Positions 23,264 through 24,020 of a DNA stretch of 24,020 bases are shown here, one piece after another (position 1 is the first letter of the stretch; each line of letters begins with the position of its first letter). The notes beneath the pieces were generated by a model, which did no database searches, was not told where the DNA came from, and saw only the letters and a list, made by a program, of their open reading frames with translations. The stretch is from a virus. Taxonomy: Duplodnaviria > Caudoviricetes. The stretch lies in IMG/VR virus record IMGVR_UViG_3300010222_000017, positions 1 to 24,020 of that record. One strand, written 5' to 3'. The translations under genes were made by a program, and so were the position numbers.

Positions 23264-23467
23264 ATGCTTGACCCGACCGAGATCGCACGGAAACTGAGAC
23301 CAGCAATGGCCAGGCTGATGCCAATATATGGGCACAGGTGGATCTTCGTGGCGACGATGGGGGCGGACCCGAACGAGCATCCATCCAAAACGAAAGCGCG
23401 AGATCGGGCGTGGATGAAGAAGAACGTGAAGGAGCGGAGGGATCGGCTACCGAGCAATAGGCGGTGA
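23264..23467 (+). CDS. Hypothetical protein (67 aa)
   Basis: ATG 2 nt after the upstream stop; no recognised motif. Confidence 0.45.
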   Translation: MLDPTEIARKLRPAMARLMPIYGHRWIFVATMGADPNEHPSKTKARDRAWMKKNVKERRDRLPSNRR

Positions 23468-23511
23468 CAGCACGCTTACGAACAGTGAAATGCAATGACT
23501 CCCACAACGCT

Positions 23512-23889
23512 ATGAGCGAACAGCAAGCCGACGACGATACTGACGACACGGAGCCAACGCCTGGGCCTTGGCACGCAGACAATACATATATTTCAGCAGC
23601 AAGCGGTAGGGCAATAGCTACTGCCGCTAGGTATGGAGATGACCATGAGGGCTCACCAGAAGATTTAGCCAACGCCCGCCTCATCGCCGCCGCGGGCACC
23701 GCCACGTCGGAGCTGCCGGACGAGTACGATCCGGTGGCGGCGCTGGAAGAGCTGCCCCGCCTGTTGGGTGCGCTTCAAACGATTGCCAGGGCAGACGGCA
23801 CGAGGTATGCAGGTACAGATGCGCTTCAGCATGTGGCCGAGAAAGCCCTTGATGCTATTCAAATAGACACATCTGAGACCGATGAGTGA
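23512..23889 (+). CDS. Conserved phage hypothetical protein (TPGPW...ANARLIAAA type)
   Basis: PTPGPW and ANARLIAAA motifs are common in phage early regions. Confidence 0.75.
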   Translation: MSEQQADDDTDDTEPTPGPWHADNTYISAASGRAIATAARYGDDHEGSPEDLANARLIAAAGTATSELPDEYDPVAALEELPRLLGALQTIARADGTRYAGTDALQHVAEKALDAIQIDTSETDE

Positions 23890-24020
23890 TAGCCCCTACG
23901 ATCATTGCCCGCACGGTCCTGATGATGTGAGGAATGACCGCATGACCGCCGACGAGTACCGAAACCGTCACATGAGCGAGGAGGCGATCCACAAGGCCGT
24001 CGTCGACTGGGCCGACCGGC
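23882..24020 (+). CDS. Partial ORF, probably VRR-NUC N-terminus
   Basis: MSDSPYDH...MTADEYRNRHMSEEAIHKAVVDWADR; SE..IH..V..W resembles the VRR-NUC first helix; truncated by the window edge. Confidence 0.5.
   Translation, partial: MSDSPYDHCPHGPDDVRNDRMTADEYRNRHMSEEAIHKAVVDWADR

Noticed and set aside
1-24020. Genome-wide TAG reassignment (alternative genetic code)
   Set aside because: TAG ends many clearly bounded genes (for example 2566, 3268, 5400, 7118, 7475, 11650, 17068, 22531, 23261), and long conserved genes have no internal TAG.
1-24020. Archaeal virus assignment
   Set aside because: Peptidoglycan endolysin, holin, DnaB, RecT and an S24 repressor indicate a bacterial host despite halophilic features.

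Overview
About 24 kb of a temperate, tailed bacteriophage or prophage. It is GC-rich with many acidic proteins, and it encodes bacterial-type DnaB, RecT, an S24 repressor and a peptidoglycan-cleaving M15 endolysin. I infer a halophilic bacterial host such as Salinibacter/Rhodothermota. Left (minus strand, ~6.6 kb to the window edge): late operon with M15 endolysin, holin, small ORFs, HTH-metallophosphoesterase, a spanin-like membrane protein, a ParB-DNA methyltransferase frameshifted in a G9 tract, TerS and a partial PBSX-type TerL. A three-gene plus-strand island follows (6.9-7.9 kb). Next is a minus-strand cassette: wHTH-S24 repressor, frameshifted HsdR_N-type nuclease, trypsin-like protease and a small ORF. 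Right (plus strand): early operon with an RHH protein in the cro position, a CII-like gene, a tRNA-like RNA, RecT, a stand-alone primase Zn finger, GIY-YIG, a replication initiator with iterons, DnaB, an NDT / DpdA-like chimera / NDT cluster, HNH, DUF968-like, ASCH-like and a probable VRR-NUC start. The strongest unexplained signals are: (1) a repeated 43-46 nt intergenic RNA motif with identical loops and fully covarying stems, resembling a tRNA acceptor/T-arm minihelix; (2) a tRNA-like gene with an expanded CTA-containing anticodon loop upstream of two consecutive genes broken by in-frame TAG; (3) a DpdA-like::PAPS-reductase-tail chimera between two NDTs; (4) a possibly phase-variable methyltransferase. 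Family calls are from motif recognition by eye; no searches were run.
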